DNA from: Parcubacteria group bacterium
Lineage (GTDB): Bacteria; Patescibacteriota; Patescibacteriia; UBA9934; GWF2-40-263
DNA length: 64,000 bases
Direction of reading: 5' to 3'
Assembly (NCBI GenBank): GCA_013204395.1
Contig: JABMNZ010000008.1
Span: 15,014 to 79,013 of the forward strand
Shown: positions 39,601-49,143 of the stretch, in pieces
Layout of the letters: each line of letters starts with the position of its first letter
Numbering within the stretch: position 1 is the stretch's first letter
The notes under the pieces: model-generated
What the model saw: the letters and a program-made list of their open reading frames with translations, nothing else
Database searches by the model: none
What the model was told of the DNA's origin: nothing
Translations under genes and position numbers: made by a program

Positions 39601-42600
39601 AACAGAAGTTCTAGATCTGACAGTAACTGCAGCAGAGAATGATGGGGCTGAGATTAATTTTACTCTTGGTAATGATGCTGATGCTGACATAGTAAACGCT
39701 CTTGAGATTCGAGCTACATCAGCTTCCACGGGTGATGCGGATGTGCTTAGGGGTATAAATATCGCCCAGCTTTCTTCCTCTGATCCTACTGTTTCAGAAA
39801 TTGCTCTTAGAATAGCGAATGGGTGGGATTCAAATCTTACGTTCGCAGACACATCAACATTTATTGATATCTTGGACACAGGAGTTTTTACATTTAGAGA
39901 GCTTGGTGGCAACAATACCCTCATGACCCTCACAGATAATGCCAACGTCGGAGATCTTGCGCTTACCGGTGACCTTACCGTTAATGGTGACGACATTTCG
40001 TCAGATTCAAATCTATCCATTGCGGCAACGGGGTATGTCCGTATTGGGGACTCTGGAACACCGGGTTCTGCATCTGATGACGATTCTCTTTATGTGGAGG
40101 GTAAGCTTGAAGTAGATGCAACATCAACCTTCGATGGTGTTGTACTTGGAAATAATGACACTACCTTCACTCTATCAGGAACAAATAATTTTCTTATTGA
40201 AAATGGAAGCGCTACTAGTGATTTATTTAGTGTTAAAATAAGTTCAGCACAAAGCAATGGTGAGACGATTCAGTTCGGTCTGGCAGATGATGGTGATGCA
40301 GATACTCTTTCTGCGCTTAATATAGCCGTAACGTCTGCAGCCACAGGTGATGCGGATGTGCTAAGTGCTCTTAACATTGCAAACCTAGCTTCAGCAGATG
40401 GGACGGTTATTGAGACAGCGATTATTATAGGAACTGGTTGGGATACGGGAATTTCCCTTGGAGCTAACTCAATTGTCGGCACAACTGGATTGATTGATTA
40501 CACCAACTTCGATGTTCTTGCTACGGGTGCAATTCAGGTAACACCAAACGTGGGACTAGATACCAATGCGGGGGGGGTGCTTTCTCTTGCTACTACAAAT
40601 GCGACTTCGATTACCACTGGTAACGCGCTGACAACATTCTCGCTTGCGGGCACAGGACTCACAACACTGAATATTGCTACAGCTAACTCTACGGCAGCCA
40701 CACTGAACCTTGCGACTTCTAATCAGGCAAACGTTATTAATATCGGAACGGGTACGGGTATCGATGATATTAATATTGGAGGAGGAGGAACGGGGGTTGA
40801 TACGATAAATATCGGAGATTCTACAGCAACAGTTGCTATACAAGGTGGTTCGATTACATTCACGCCAGGTGATGATGATGGTTCTGGAAGTGGTAGTGAA
40901 GGAGGATTGGTAAAGATGGAATTGAGTCACACCGGAAGCCTTGCTTATGCTCAAGACCCTCAATTTCTGATTGAAGCAGACGGTCCAAGTAATAATAACT
41001 TTACGGGCGTATTTAAGATTGTTCATGCTCCGCCGTCAGATCGATCCGGTGCCTTTGACTTTGCGACTCAGTATATTCAGTTTGACGGAGTGGCAACAAC
41101 AGACAACACGACCCACCAAGCCATCGTAATTGACGGGAACCTTGCAGATGATGGTTCGGATGATAATTTTTATGCCTACGCCGCAAGAATAAATCAGGGT
41201 GACACTTCAGATGTCGCGGTCACTGGGTATGGTGCTGTAGGAGTCATGATTATCAATGAAAATAACACGACAACAGATGCGGGAGACAACTTAGCTGGAT
41301 TCTATTATGACAATCAAGATACGGACGCGGTAACCGTCGATGCATTTAAAGCTGTGTCCAGCGGATCCGCTATTACAGACGGTCTAGATGTCTCCGATTC
41401 AGATATTGTAAATGGTGTGAACGTTGGAGAAAACTTTGTTCTCTATAATGTCTATAGAACGTATGATCTCTCTGGTTCTGGGCTTGTTTGGGAAGATACA
41501 GATGGTAATGACCTCATGATCCTCTCTGATGCGGCGAATGAAGGAGATCTGCTTGCCACTGGAGACATCACAGCAGATGATTTTATCTGTACTGACTGTC
41601 TTGATTTCGCTGAGCTTGCTGATGCCCTTACCGTAGACGCTTCCACGTCCGTCACAATGAATAGCACTGACCAACTTCTTTTCACAAACGGCGGTACTGG
41701 AGACATTATTTTCAATCTTTCATCCACCGGAGATTTTGTGATTCAAGATGGTGGGAACACACGGTTTAGTGTGAACGATTCAGGTGTGACGACAATTGGA
41801 ACAGGGTCAGCTCCGACGGCAGACATGTTAGCTGTTACAAATGCTGGTTTTGCTACAACGACAACAGATGTTAATGCAGCTTCATTCATACACACAGCCT
41901 CGAATGTATCTTCCTCAGCGGTTTACATTGACGGAGCTTTTGCATCTACTACAACTGGTTTGACCTACAACATCTTGGAACTTGGCGCGATTACTCCAAC
42001 CAATACAACAGGAACAGACAATGTGAATGGACTTTTTATTGGGATAATGACTGATGCAACTGTAACAATTAAGTCAGCGGCAATAGATATTTCTACTGGT
42101 TGGGATGTTGATTTCTCTCTCCAAAATTCAGAATTCGTCAGTAACTCTACTGATGGAAAAGTACGTTTTGGTGGGAGTGGAGGTGCAAGCGATACTGATC
42201 TTGTCTTTAATCTTGATGATGCAACTGGTCCAGTACTCCAGTCTACAAGTGATGAGATTGAAATTGATGCCACACTTACCGTTGATTTGATGAATGTTGG
42301 GGCAACCCAGTTTGCCTTATGCCACCCAAACAGCGACTTGATTGATGAGGCGATTGGTGATTGTTCCGGCGCCCCTACGGCTGATTACGCTGAGCAATAC
42401 CCTGTAGCTGCTGGAGTAGGTTTTGGTGATATCGTGGTTCCGTCTACTACCGTGGTTGTCACCAACGATGGTGATGAGATTGTTCAGATGGTTAAGAGCA
42501 GTGAGCCTTACTCTGGCCCTGTTGTCGGCATTGTTTCAGATAACTTTGGGGACTTTACCTCCGCTGGTTACAACATAGATGAAAGTGATAACCCAATGCC

Positions 42601-44431
42601 CGTAGCTCTTGTTGGTCGTGTTCCGGTGAAGGTGACGGCTGAGGGGGGTGATATTTCTGTGGGTGATTACCTAACAACATCATCAACTCCAGGTGCTGCC
42701 ATGCGCGCAACAAAGGTTGGTCGTGTAATTGGTATGGCCTTAAGTGATTGGGATGGTGTGTCTGCAACCGTCATGGTGCAGGTTAACAATTCCTGGTCCA
42801 TGGGAGATGTGATTGGTACGGACGGCGTTTCCACACTCGTTACTGATAACGTCGTTATTTCTCAGTTGAACGAGGCGACAGCGCAGGACACATCTTTCTC
42901 TAGTTACGGATTAGCTCTTAGAGGAAGCGCTTGGGATGGAGATGAGGCGCAAGCGGTTGAGATGATGCTTCAGAACGTTGTTGAAGACGAAGACAATTAT
43001 CGGCTTAGCGTTCGCAATACAGCTGATTCAGAAGTCGCTTATATTACAAACGAAGGAATCATGCGTATTGCAGGTGACATGGTTATTGGCGGCAACTTGT
43101 ATCCTTCAGATAGAGGAGTGCCACAGACGGACAAATATATTTATTACGATGGATCAGCGGGGCCAGGTGGAGACTTCATGCGTACCAACGCTAGCGGTTG
43201 GTCTACGGGGAGTTATGACTTTGCTGAAATGTTCCCATCCACGCAGAAACTAACAGCAGGTGAGTTGGTTGCCTTCTCGGGTAGTGGTCACAACGTACAA
43301 CGTGCAACAGGTGCAGAGGGTGAACAGCTTGCTGGAATCATTTCTACCCGTCCTGGGTTCTTGGCGGGCGAAAACATAGAAGGGGCGTATCCAGTGGCAT
43401 TAGCCGGTCGTGTTCCAACACGTGTAAGTACAGAAGGAGGAGCCATTGCCGTAGGTGATCCTCTTACCATTTCATCTTCACAAGGAATTGCCATGAAGGC
43501 GAAAGAAGCTGGCATGATCGTTGGTTATGCCCTTGAGGCTTATCGCGGTGGATCAGATAACTTGATTCTTACCTATGTGAATCTTAGTTACTGGGTTGGT
43601 GAGACAACAAGCGTCATGCCTGGTACAGATAATCGCGCCTCTGGCTTTGCCACATCTGGAACGAGCAACTTCACCAGCCTGAACATGAGCGGCAACATCT
43701 ATATGGGAACGAATTCCATCACTGGAATCGGTCGTCTTGAGGGTCTTACTGATGCTTGGTCTATTGAGCAGGATGGAACCATTACAACCACTGGTTTGAT
43801 TGTGAGTCTCGCAGAAAATTATCAGGGGGACCAAGTCGAGACCATGGCGGTTACATCTCCTGAGGTCATGATCACTCTTACCGGCACAGCGATTCTTGAA
43901 GACGGTCAGGCTGAAGTTCGATTCGAACAAGTCGCACCAGAATTTAACGACATAATTAGTGCAGAGGCACCGATTCGAGTACTCGTTACTCCAAGTGGAC
44001 CGGTTTCTCTCTATGTCTCAGAAAAAGATCAGAACCACTTTGTGGTAACTCGATTTGCTGGTGAGGGAGATGTCGAATTCGATTGGATGGTCACCGCCTA
44101 TCGTCGTGGTTACGAGCCAGAAGAAATCGAAGAAGTGATAGAGGAGGAGATGGTTGATGAAGTTATCATCGAACCTGTCGTTGAAACGGTGCTCGTGGAG
44201 GACGAACTATCCACTGAGCCTGTCGAAGTGGTCGTAGAAGAAGTCGTCGAAGAGATTGAAGTTATCCAGCCAGTCGAGACAGATCTCACGACATTGTTTA
44301 TTGAGTTAACAGAAGAAGTAGTCGAAGATCCTGTAGATCCTGCAACTCCGGAGAGCCCGGATGAAATCCTTATTGATGAGACAAGTGAGGTTGATGGCGG
44401 CGAATCAGTCGAGACACCACCAAACTTGTAA
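36674..44431 (+). CDS. Giant repetitive fibre/adhesin-like surface protein (~2585 aa)
   Basis: Signal peptide, YQGRV N-terminus, Gly/Thr/Asp-rich repeats, two D[YF]AE...ALxGRVP modules, acidic tail. Confidence 0.85.
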   Translation: MLLKRSTQFVTLTLVILSLMAVFGVVLSAAPPNVVTYQGRVLDTNGVPSSSSSLTMKFFFYDASSSGTCLWSNSSADCDSNTPASTTGRSVTLTTGLFTQNLGDTSDSFAAVADSVFGDNTSVYLEVDIAGETLSPRKRLTAAPYAINAQRLDGIDSTGFLASTGDTGTGIFDFTAATLAGASPFVFEGTTANDFETTFTFTDPTGDNVYTFKDGSGTIAFTSDISGTGLWEDGVSGVFEDDEAVIIGSNAAFTYGSGGVGDLQVFDELEVMGDTFIDNDLVVGASTSSTETLSHTSFTLDGDDLFVAGTLGVEGVVYSDGGFTASTTTTFGAGAITTTGSTDLALTIAGGDLTFAQNTTIGDGGDTIAISTSDWNITATGNLSGIGTIATDGDATLGADLIISSGVRIGTGSTPASFTALANDSLFVEGAIEVDGAARFDSTMDINGIPSIGADITFNAATPTIVITNGETFAITDGTNTLFSLVDGGTGGNLILTGDLTIAGDDLTMDTNTAGFLLVGDGTNYNPVDISGDIDLDSSGVATVQANSVALSTDTTGNYVATVSDAGNGTITVGGAAGEGTVITLDAVNVNCNDCLDFAELSDALTLDASTSITMDSTDQLLITNGGTGDVIFNLSSTGDFVIQDNGTPSFTASDNGAFTFDGAVTFNSATTHTLATSESIAISNNTATADTFDISVTAAGNDAQEINFTLGNDGDNDTVNALEINVTSATTGEEDVIRGLHIAPLSSADASVTEQALVIGSGWDTNLFFNDTSTVIELADTGVITWREAGGTNTLMTLTDNANVGDLLISGDFTIQGDNLDSAGAPLVLNATAADEVRVGTGTPGVATGAGDFYVTSDIEADGNLNIAGSATIGSLVCNDCFDFTEFADALALDASTSITMDSTDQLLVTNGGAGDVIFNLSSSGDFVIQDGATPIFTAGGDGTFTFDGATTFNTDVTYTLVATENVAITNTSAETEVLDLTVTAAENDGAEINFTLGNDADADIVNALEIRATSASTGDADVLRGINIAQLSSSDPTVSEIALRIANGWDSNLTFADTSTFIDILDTGVFTFRELGGNNTLMTLTDNANVGDLALTGDLTVNGDDISSDSNLSIAATGYVRIGDSGTPGSASDDDSLYVEGKLEVDATSTFDGVVLGNNDTTFTLSGTNNFLIENGSATSDLFSVKISSAQSNGETIQFGLADDGDADTLSALNIAVTSAATGDADVLSALNIANLASADGTVIETAIIIGTGWDTGISLGANSIVGTTGLIDYTNFDVLATGAIQVTPNVGLDTNAGGVLSLATTNATSITTGNALTTFSLAGTGLTTLNIATANSTAATLNLATSNQANVINIGTGTGIDDINIGGGGTGVDTINIGDSTATVAIQGGSITFTPGDDDGSGSGSEGGLVKMELSHTGSLAYAQDPQFLIEADGPSNNNFTGVFKIVHAPPSDRSGAFDFATQYIQFDGVATTDNTTHQAIVIDGNLADDGSDDNFYAYAARINQGDTSDVAVTGYGAVGVMIINENNTTTDAGDNLAGFYYDNQDTDAVTVDAFKAVSSGSAITDGLDVSDSDIVNGVNVGENFVLYNVYRTYDLSGSGLVWEDTDGNDLMILSDAANEGDLLATGDITADDFICTDCLDFAELADALTVDASTSVTMNSTDQLLFTNGGTGDIIFNLSSTGDFVIQDGGNTRFSVNDSGVTTIGTGSAPTADMLAVTNAGFATTTTDVNAASFIHTASNVSSSAVYIDGAFASTTTGLTYNILELGAITPTNTTGTDNVNGLFIGIMTDATVTIKSAAIDISTGWDVDFSLQNSEFVSNSTDGKVRFGGSGGASDTDLVFNLDDATGPVLQSTSDEIEIDATLTVDLMNVGATQFALCHPNSDLIDEAIGDCSGAPTADYAEQYPVAAGVGFGDIVVPSTTVVVTNDGDEIVQMVKSSEPYSGPVVGIVSDNFGDFTSAGYNIDESDNPMPVALVGRVPVKVTAEGGDISVGDYLTTSSTPGAAMRATKVGRVIGMALSDWDGVSATVMVQVNNSWSMGDVIGTDGVSTLVTDNVVISQLNEATAQDTSFSSYGLALRGSAWDGDEAQAVEMMLQNVVEDEDNYRLSVRNTADSEVAYITNEGIMRIAGDMVIGGNLYPSDRGVPQTDKYIYYDGSAGPGGDFMRTNASGWSTGSYDFAEMFPSTQKLTAGELVAFSGSGHNVQRATGAEGEQLAGIISTRPGFLAGENIEGAYPVALAGRVPTRVSTEGGAIAVGDPLTISSSQGIAMKAKEAGMIVGYALEAYRGGSDNLILTYVNLSYWVGETTSVMPGTDNRASGFATSGTSNFTSLNMSGNIYMGTNSITGIGRLEGLTDAWSIEQDGTITTTGLIVSLAENYQGDQVETMAVTSPEVMITLTGTAILEDGQAEVRFEQVAPEFNDIISAEAPIRVLVTPSGPVSLYVSEKDQNHFVVTRFAGEGDVEFDWMVTAYRRGYEPEEIEEVIEEEMVDEVIIEPVVETVLVEDELSTEPVEVVVEEVVEEIEVIQPVETDLTTLFIELTEEVVEDPVDPATPESPDEILIDETSEVDGGESVETPPNL

Positions 44432-44460
44432 TATCAAAAACTATTGATACGTAAACAGAA

Positions 44461-44621
44461 GGGGTCTCTGCAAGAATCTAGTGCGAGGTCAAAGTGAGGA
44501 ATTTTGCTCAGAGTTTTTTTCAAGATGACGAAGTGATATGGAAATATCATTGAGGAGTCATGAAAGAAACTCTGAGTGAAATGACCGCTTTGGGGCCGTG
44601 CTAGATTCTTGCAGAGGTCCC
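44461..44621. repeat. ~160-bp palindromic MITE/REP-like element
   Basis: TCTGCAAGAATCTAG...CTAGATTCTTGCAGA outer arms, CTCAGAGTTT/AAACTCTGAG inner arms. Confidence 0.65.
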
Positions 44622-44711
44622 AAAGTCACACGACCTCCTACACGTATCAAAACGCTCTTTTAGATAATCTTATCGGGCCACTCAGTTCTTCTTTATTAAA
44701 GGAGGATCGTG

Positions 44712-44864
44712 ATGGCCCGTACAGAGGCTCCATGCTTCCTCTGTAGTGGTACGCAGCCATATGAGGTTCACACAATGAAACTCTGGCATACCCAGTCTAG
44801 CGTTGCTAGGCATGTTTGCCACGCAAGGAAGATGTTCAAGGCTATACAGATCGCTCTTGTATGA
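44712..44864 (+). CDS. 50-aa small protein with CxxC/HxCH (not in ORF track)
   Basis: AAAGGAGG SD; MARTEAPCFLC...RHVCHARKMFKAIQIALV; hairpins and terminator follow. Confidence 0.55.
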   Translation: MARTEAPCFLCSGTQPYEVHTMKLWHTQSSVARHVCHARKMFKAIQIALV

Positions 44865-45027
44865 CCTTGGATGGGTCTTTAGGGCCCACACAATTGAATA
44901 GCAAAGAAACGTGAGAACCCCACACTCGCGTTCTTTGCATTCTGGGGGTTTTTAAAATTGGCGGATTTGAGATCTATGAGTGCCTTGTGAACAACGTTTC
45001 TCTCTAGTCCTGTTATAATAGGTGCAT

Positions 45028-47400
45028 ATGAATTCTTGGGGAGAACATTTGCGATCAGCTACACGAGGTTGTTTATACCTGCTCGTTTTTTTATTGCCAT
45101 TGATCGCCTTGTCGGTCTCGCTTGAACCCCTTGAATTCAACAAACAAACACTTCTCTTGCTGCTGACATCAGGGGCTGCTCTGTGTTGGCTGGGATCCAT
45201 GGTCGTTGAAAAAAGACTTACGTTCAAACGAGGGCTCATGAACGCACTGCCGCTTGTGTGGGTGGGCGCGTTTATTCTTCCCGCCATCTACTCCATTGCT
45301 CCCTATGTATCTTGGGTTGGCACACACTCTCAGCAGTATGTAAGTGTTTTAACCGCTGGAGCTGTGGCTGTCTTGATGTACCTACTGGCTAACACCTCTA
45401 CAACCAGGGCACATCATCAGCGCATGCACAGTGTCATAACACTCTCAGCAGCCGCGACAGCCCTAGCGACGACATCATTACTGTTCTTCGGTGTTTCTTT
45501 TTTTGGGTCACTTACAGAATCACTGGCTTTTAATAGCGTCGGAACATTAGCGAGCTTGGCTATTTTTCTTACTGCCGTAACGAGCTTTCTTATTGCTTCT
45601 TTGGTGGCACATGAAAAGGAAGATTCGTTATTAGCCGATGGCGTTTGGGGAAAATTTCAAAAGTTGTTCATTCTATTTCTTGCGATCGACACATTTGTTA
45701 TTTTGCTTTTGATCGATAATAAGGGGCTGTGGCTCCTGTGGGTTGTGGCGATGCTCATCCCATTTGTCTTTGCCTTTTTTCGCGCAAAGGATTTTTCGCA
45801 CCAAGAGAGACTGCTTTTCCCGCTGGTTCTTGCCGTTGCTGCCTTACCCTTCTGGTTTTTCTTAGCCTCTCCACTCACGATCGCGATTCCCATTGAAGTG
45901 AGTCCTGACACAGAAAGTTCGATGGCCATTGCCCAGCAGGCCCTTGATACGCATTCTAGTAGTTATGGATCTGGACCCGGAACCTATGCCATGGACTACG
46001 CACGGTTCCACGATGAACGTGTTAATCAAACAGACTTTTGGAACACAAGATTTGATCGAGCTTCATCTCACGTACTCACATTGCTCCCAACCATGGGTAC
46101 CCTTGGAGTGAGTTTGCTTGGTTTGTTTGTACTTATTTTGTTTATGAGAGCCATCCACCAAACATTGGTGAAACCAGGGCGGGATGAATGGTTGGAGAGT
46201 TTCGTCCACATAACTCCTTGGATCGTTCTAGTAATAAGCGCCTTTCTTTTCCCCTGGAACATGACCCTTACGGTATTATTTGGTGTCTTCTCTGGGCTTC
46301 TTTTATCACAAACACTTCCGCGGTCAACAAACAGATCATTTGATAAGTCTCCCGCCCTTGCTCTTCTTGCCTCAACGCTATTAGTGGCTCTTTCACTGGG
46401 GCTCTTAGTGGGTGTGTTTGTTACCACTCAACGCTATGTGGCTCAGCGAGCATTTGCCCAGGCTGTAGAAATCGATCGGTCTGGAGGTGAGCTAAAGGAT
46501 ATTGTGGCTTCCCTGGACAAAGCAACATCTCTTAATCGATTTGACGATACTTATTTCCGTAATCTTGCTGATGCACTTTTGCTTCGCACCGATGAAGAAC
46601 TCAAGGGGGTTAATAGTGTTGATACCCTCACACCTGAAAGTGCTCAGTACATCCAATCGCTTGTTGCCGCAACTGTTAATGCAGCGGCGCGCGCCACAGA
46701 TCTCTCACCAGAGAATGCATTAAATTGGCTTGTTCGTGGTCGGATTTATCAAGAACTTATTCCCATCATGAGCACGGCATCAGAATTTTCCATTTCGAGT
46801 TTTGTTCGGGCGGTGGAACTTGAACCACTGAATCCTTCGCACTGGACTGAACTAGGAATAGCTTATCTCGCCGTCGCCCAGCATATCCAACCAATGACAG
46901 CGGCAGAAGATAAAGAGGCGGCGGCTCAGGCACTTACCACGCACACAGAGTTTCTTGCTTCTGCTCAAAGTTCATTTATTAGGGCGACGGAACTAAAACC
47001 AAACTACGCTCAAGCTCACTATCAACTATCATTGGCTTTTCAGAGGCAGGGTCGCATTGATGAGGCTATTACAAAAATGGAAAGCGTGGCAGCTTATAAT
47101 CAAATTGATGTTGGTGTGCTATTCCAGTTGGGTCTCCTATACCTACAAAGAGGGGATGCTGGTGATGTGGCACTCGCTCAAGCTGCTCTAGAGAGAACTA
47201 TTTCTTTAGCCCCAAGTTATGCAAATGCTTACTGGTTCTTAGCAACGGTGTACGAGGCACAGGGAGATCTTAGTCGCGCAGTGCAAGCAGTTGAGGCTGT
47301 TCTGAGTCTTGAGCCAAATAATCGTCTAGTACAAACACGTCTAGATCGTCTCCTGCAAGGTAATCCAACTGGGGAGTTACCAGAGGCACTAGTAGAATAA
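45028..47400 (+). CDS. Polytopic membrane protein, O-antigen-ligase-like with C-terminal TPRs
   Basis: LEFNKQ, GSGPGTY, ~12 TM, TPR motifs (ELKPNYAQAHY, LAPSYANAYW). Confidence 0.8.
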   Translation: MNSWGEHLRSATRGCLYLLVFLLPLIALSVSLEPLEFNKQTLLLLLTSGAALCWLGSMVVEKRLTFKRGLMNALPLVWVGAFILPAIYSIAPYVSWVGTHSQQYVSVLTAGAVAVLMYLLANTSTTRAHHQRMHSVITLSAAATALATTSLLFFGVSFFGSLTESLAFNSVGTLASLAIFLTAVTSFLIASLVAHEKEDSLLADGVWGKFQKLFILFLAIDTFVILLLIDNKGLWLLWVVAMLIPFVFAFFRAKDFSHQERLLFPLVLAVAALPFWFFLASPLTIAIPIEVSPDTESSMAIAQQALDTHSSSYGSGPGTYAMDYARFHDERVNQTDFWNTRFDRASSHVLTLLPTMGTLGVSLLGLFVLILFMRAIHQTLVKPGRDEWLESFVHITPWIVLVISAFLFPWNMTLTVLFGVFSGLLLSQTLPRSTNRSFDKSPALALLASTLLVALSLGLLVGVFVTTQRYVAQRAFAQAVEIDRSGGELKDIVASLDKATSLNRFDDTYFRNLADALLLRTDEELKGVNSVDTLTPESAQYIQSLVAATVNAAARATDLSPENALNWLVRGRIYQELIPIMSTASEFSISSFVRAVELEPLNPSHWTELGIAYLAVAQHIQPMTAAEDKEAAAQALTTHTEFLASAQSSFIRATELKPNYAQAHYQLSLAFQRQGRIDEAITKMESVAAYNQIDVGVLFQLGLLYLQRGDAGDVALAQAALERTISLAPSYANAYWFLATVYEAQGDLSRAVQAVEAVLSLEPNNRLVQTRLDRLLQGNPTGELPEALVE

Positions 47401-47581
47401 AATCGATATCAAAAAAGCGAGCATAAGCTCGCTTTTTGATTACAGTAGATACTGATGGAATGAGGATGGCCTGCCTGCCAGCCATAGCTTCATCACAGGA
47501 GTGCACAATACGTTCCCCTTCGCTGAAGCTTCGGAGGACAGCCGTCGCTCCATCAACTAACAATACTGATGGAGCGACGGC

Positions 47582-47657
<76 letters not shown>

Positions 47658-47856
47658 ATAACGATCTGCAGGATACCGTAAAGTTTTTCTCCTAGCAAAC
47701 CAATCGGAAAAAGAAAACCACCGCAGCCCGTCAAGATCGACGAACTACGGTGGAACACCCTGGTTACTCGTGCGAGGGGGATCCTCACCAGGGTGTTAGT
47801 GACTTGTCATGGACCCATCGTCCATTGAGTCGTGGTTATTGAATGTTGCTTGTCCT

Positions 47857-48555
47857 CTAGCCCATGGATCGAACGTGAGACCATCCACAGCCGAGCGCGA
47901 TCCACTCGAGTTGATGATCGAGGTTCAGTTGTCCGTGGAAGACGTGGCCTCTCTTACCGGTGAACTGCATGAGTAGCGGAGAGGACGCACCCTCACGGTA
48001 GACACCGAAGGGACTGGCCTTGAGAATACCGCCGTAGAGTGTGACGCTAGCGCCCGGTATTCCTCGGTTGATGTCCTGCAGGAGAATCGGCTCATCCGAT
48101 GGAAGCTTGATTCCTAGGACCTTGAGGTGCTGGGGCCAAGGAATCGAGTGCATGTTCGAGAGGGCTGAGAGCAGGATGTCTCGCGGGATTTCGTAGTCCA
48201 GCGCCAGTCGTGCTGATTGGCGTGCCTCCCACTCATCTGTTGGCGAGAGGAAGGTGTTGGTCCAAGAACAGCTCATTACCCATCTGTGCTTGGGGTTGTA
48301 TCCCACCACGTGCAGATGTCTGCCACTGAGGTCTTCGATGGTGAAGTTGAAGAGGCCTTCGCCGGTTCCTTGCTCGAGCATGAGCACGCGCCCGCGAGCT
48401 GAGACTTCCGTCCGCTCGTTTGTGCGGATACGGATCACGATCTCTCGGAGCATGCCCATGCAGATGGGGTCGACAACCGTCAGCAGTAGATCGAGCTTGT
48501 CTGGGCCCGATGTTACTGGAAAGCGCCCTGCGGCGCGGATTTCAGTTTCATCCAT
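47857..48555 (-). CDS. Orphan hypothetical protein
   Basis: GAAGGGA upstream of ATG 48555; structured 3' UTR and terminator. Confidence 0.65.
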   Translation of the reverse strand: MDETEIRAAGRFPVTSGPDKLDLLLTVVDPICMGMLREIVIRIRTNERTEVSARGRVLMLEQGTGEGLFNFTIEDLSGRHLHVVGYNPKHRWVMSCSWTNTFLSPTDEWEARQSARLALDYEIPRDILLSALSNMHSIPWPQHLKVLGIKLPSDEPILLQDINRGIPGASVTLYGGILKASPFGVYREGASSPLLMQFTGKRGHVFHGQLNLDHQLEWIALGCGWSHVRSMG

Positions 48556-48805
48556 TTTCTGTTCCCTTCGCGAACAGTTGTGCGACTCAATAAAGAAAAG
48601 CCCCACACTTCCTCCCTCACGCAAGAAAAGGAAGTATGGGGCGCCGGGCTGAGCCCGGCAGACCGAGCGATCCACGCTGGGGGGCATGGCTCTAGCTCGG
48701 CAAACCGAGACTTACCGCAGGGGTGACGTCTCGGTTTAGCACATGCACCTATTAGGCACGGCTGGTTAGTCCAGCCATGGGGGTCCCCTTAAGGGCATGT
48801 GGGTC

Positions 48806-49117
48806 TCAAAGTCTGAAGGTTGGTCCCGAATGGGTGAGCAAAAGCTCGTTGATACTCTGCTCATCGAGTTGCCTGATTTCCTCAGTGGTTGAGGCGGTCT
48901 GCGTTGAGTCAGCTGGTTCCTGGGTCTGGATCAGAGCGTCCTTGACCGTGTTGCGCGCCCACGAGATGGGGATCGACATCAAGAAGCAGAAGAGCATGAA
49001 TGCTGCGAAGGCACGCTTGCCATCAGCAAAGACGCTTCTTGACAGCTCCCCAAGGATAAATCCCAGCAGCAGAGCGTTCAACAAGAAGCTCAGGTTCATC
49101 AGTAGTACAGGGTCCAT
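48806..49117 (-). CDS. Orphan 2-TM membrane protein
   Basis: SD GGAGG; two hydrophobic helices. Confidence 0.65.
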   Translation of the reverse strand: MDPVLLMNLSFLLNALLLGFILGELSRSVFADGKRAFAAFMLFCFLMSIPISWARNTVKDALIQTQEPADSTQTASTTEEIRQLDEQSINELLLTHSGPTFRL

Positions 49118-49143
49118 GGATTTTCCTCCTCTATTGCATTGCG

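Noticed and set aside
37624-43930. Many antisense ORFs inside the giant gene
   Set aside because: By-products of Thr/Gly/Asp-rich repetitive coding
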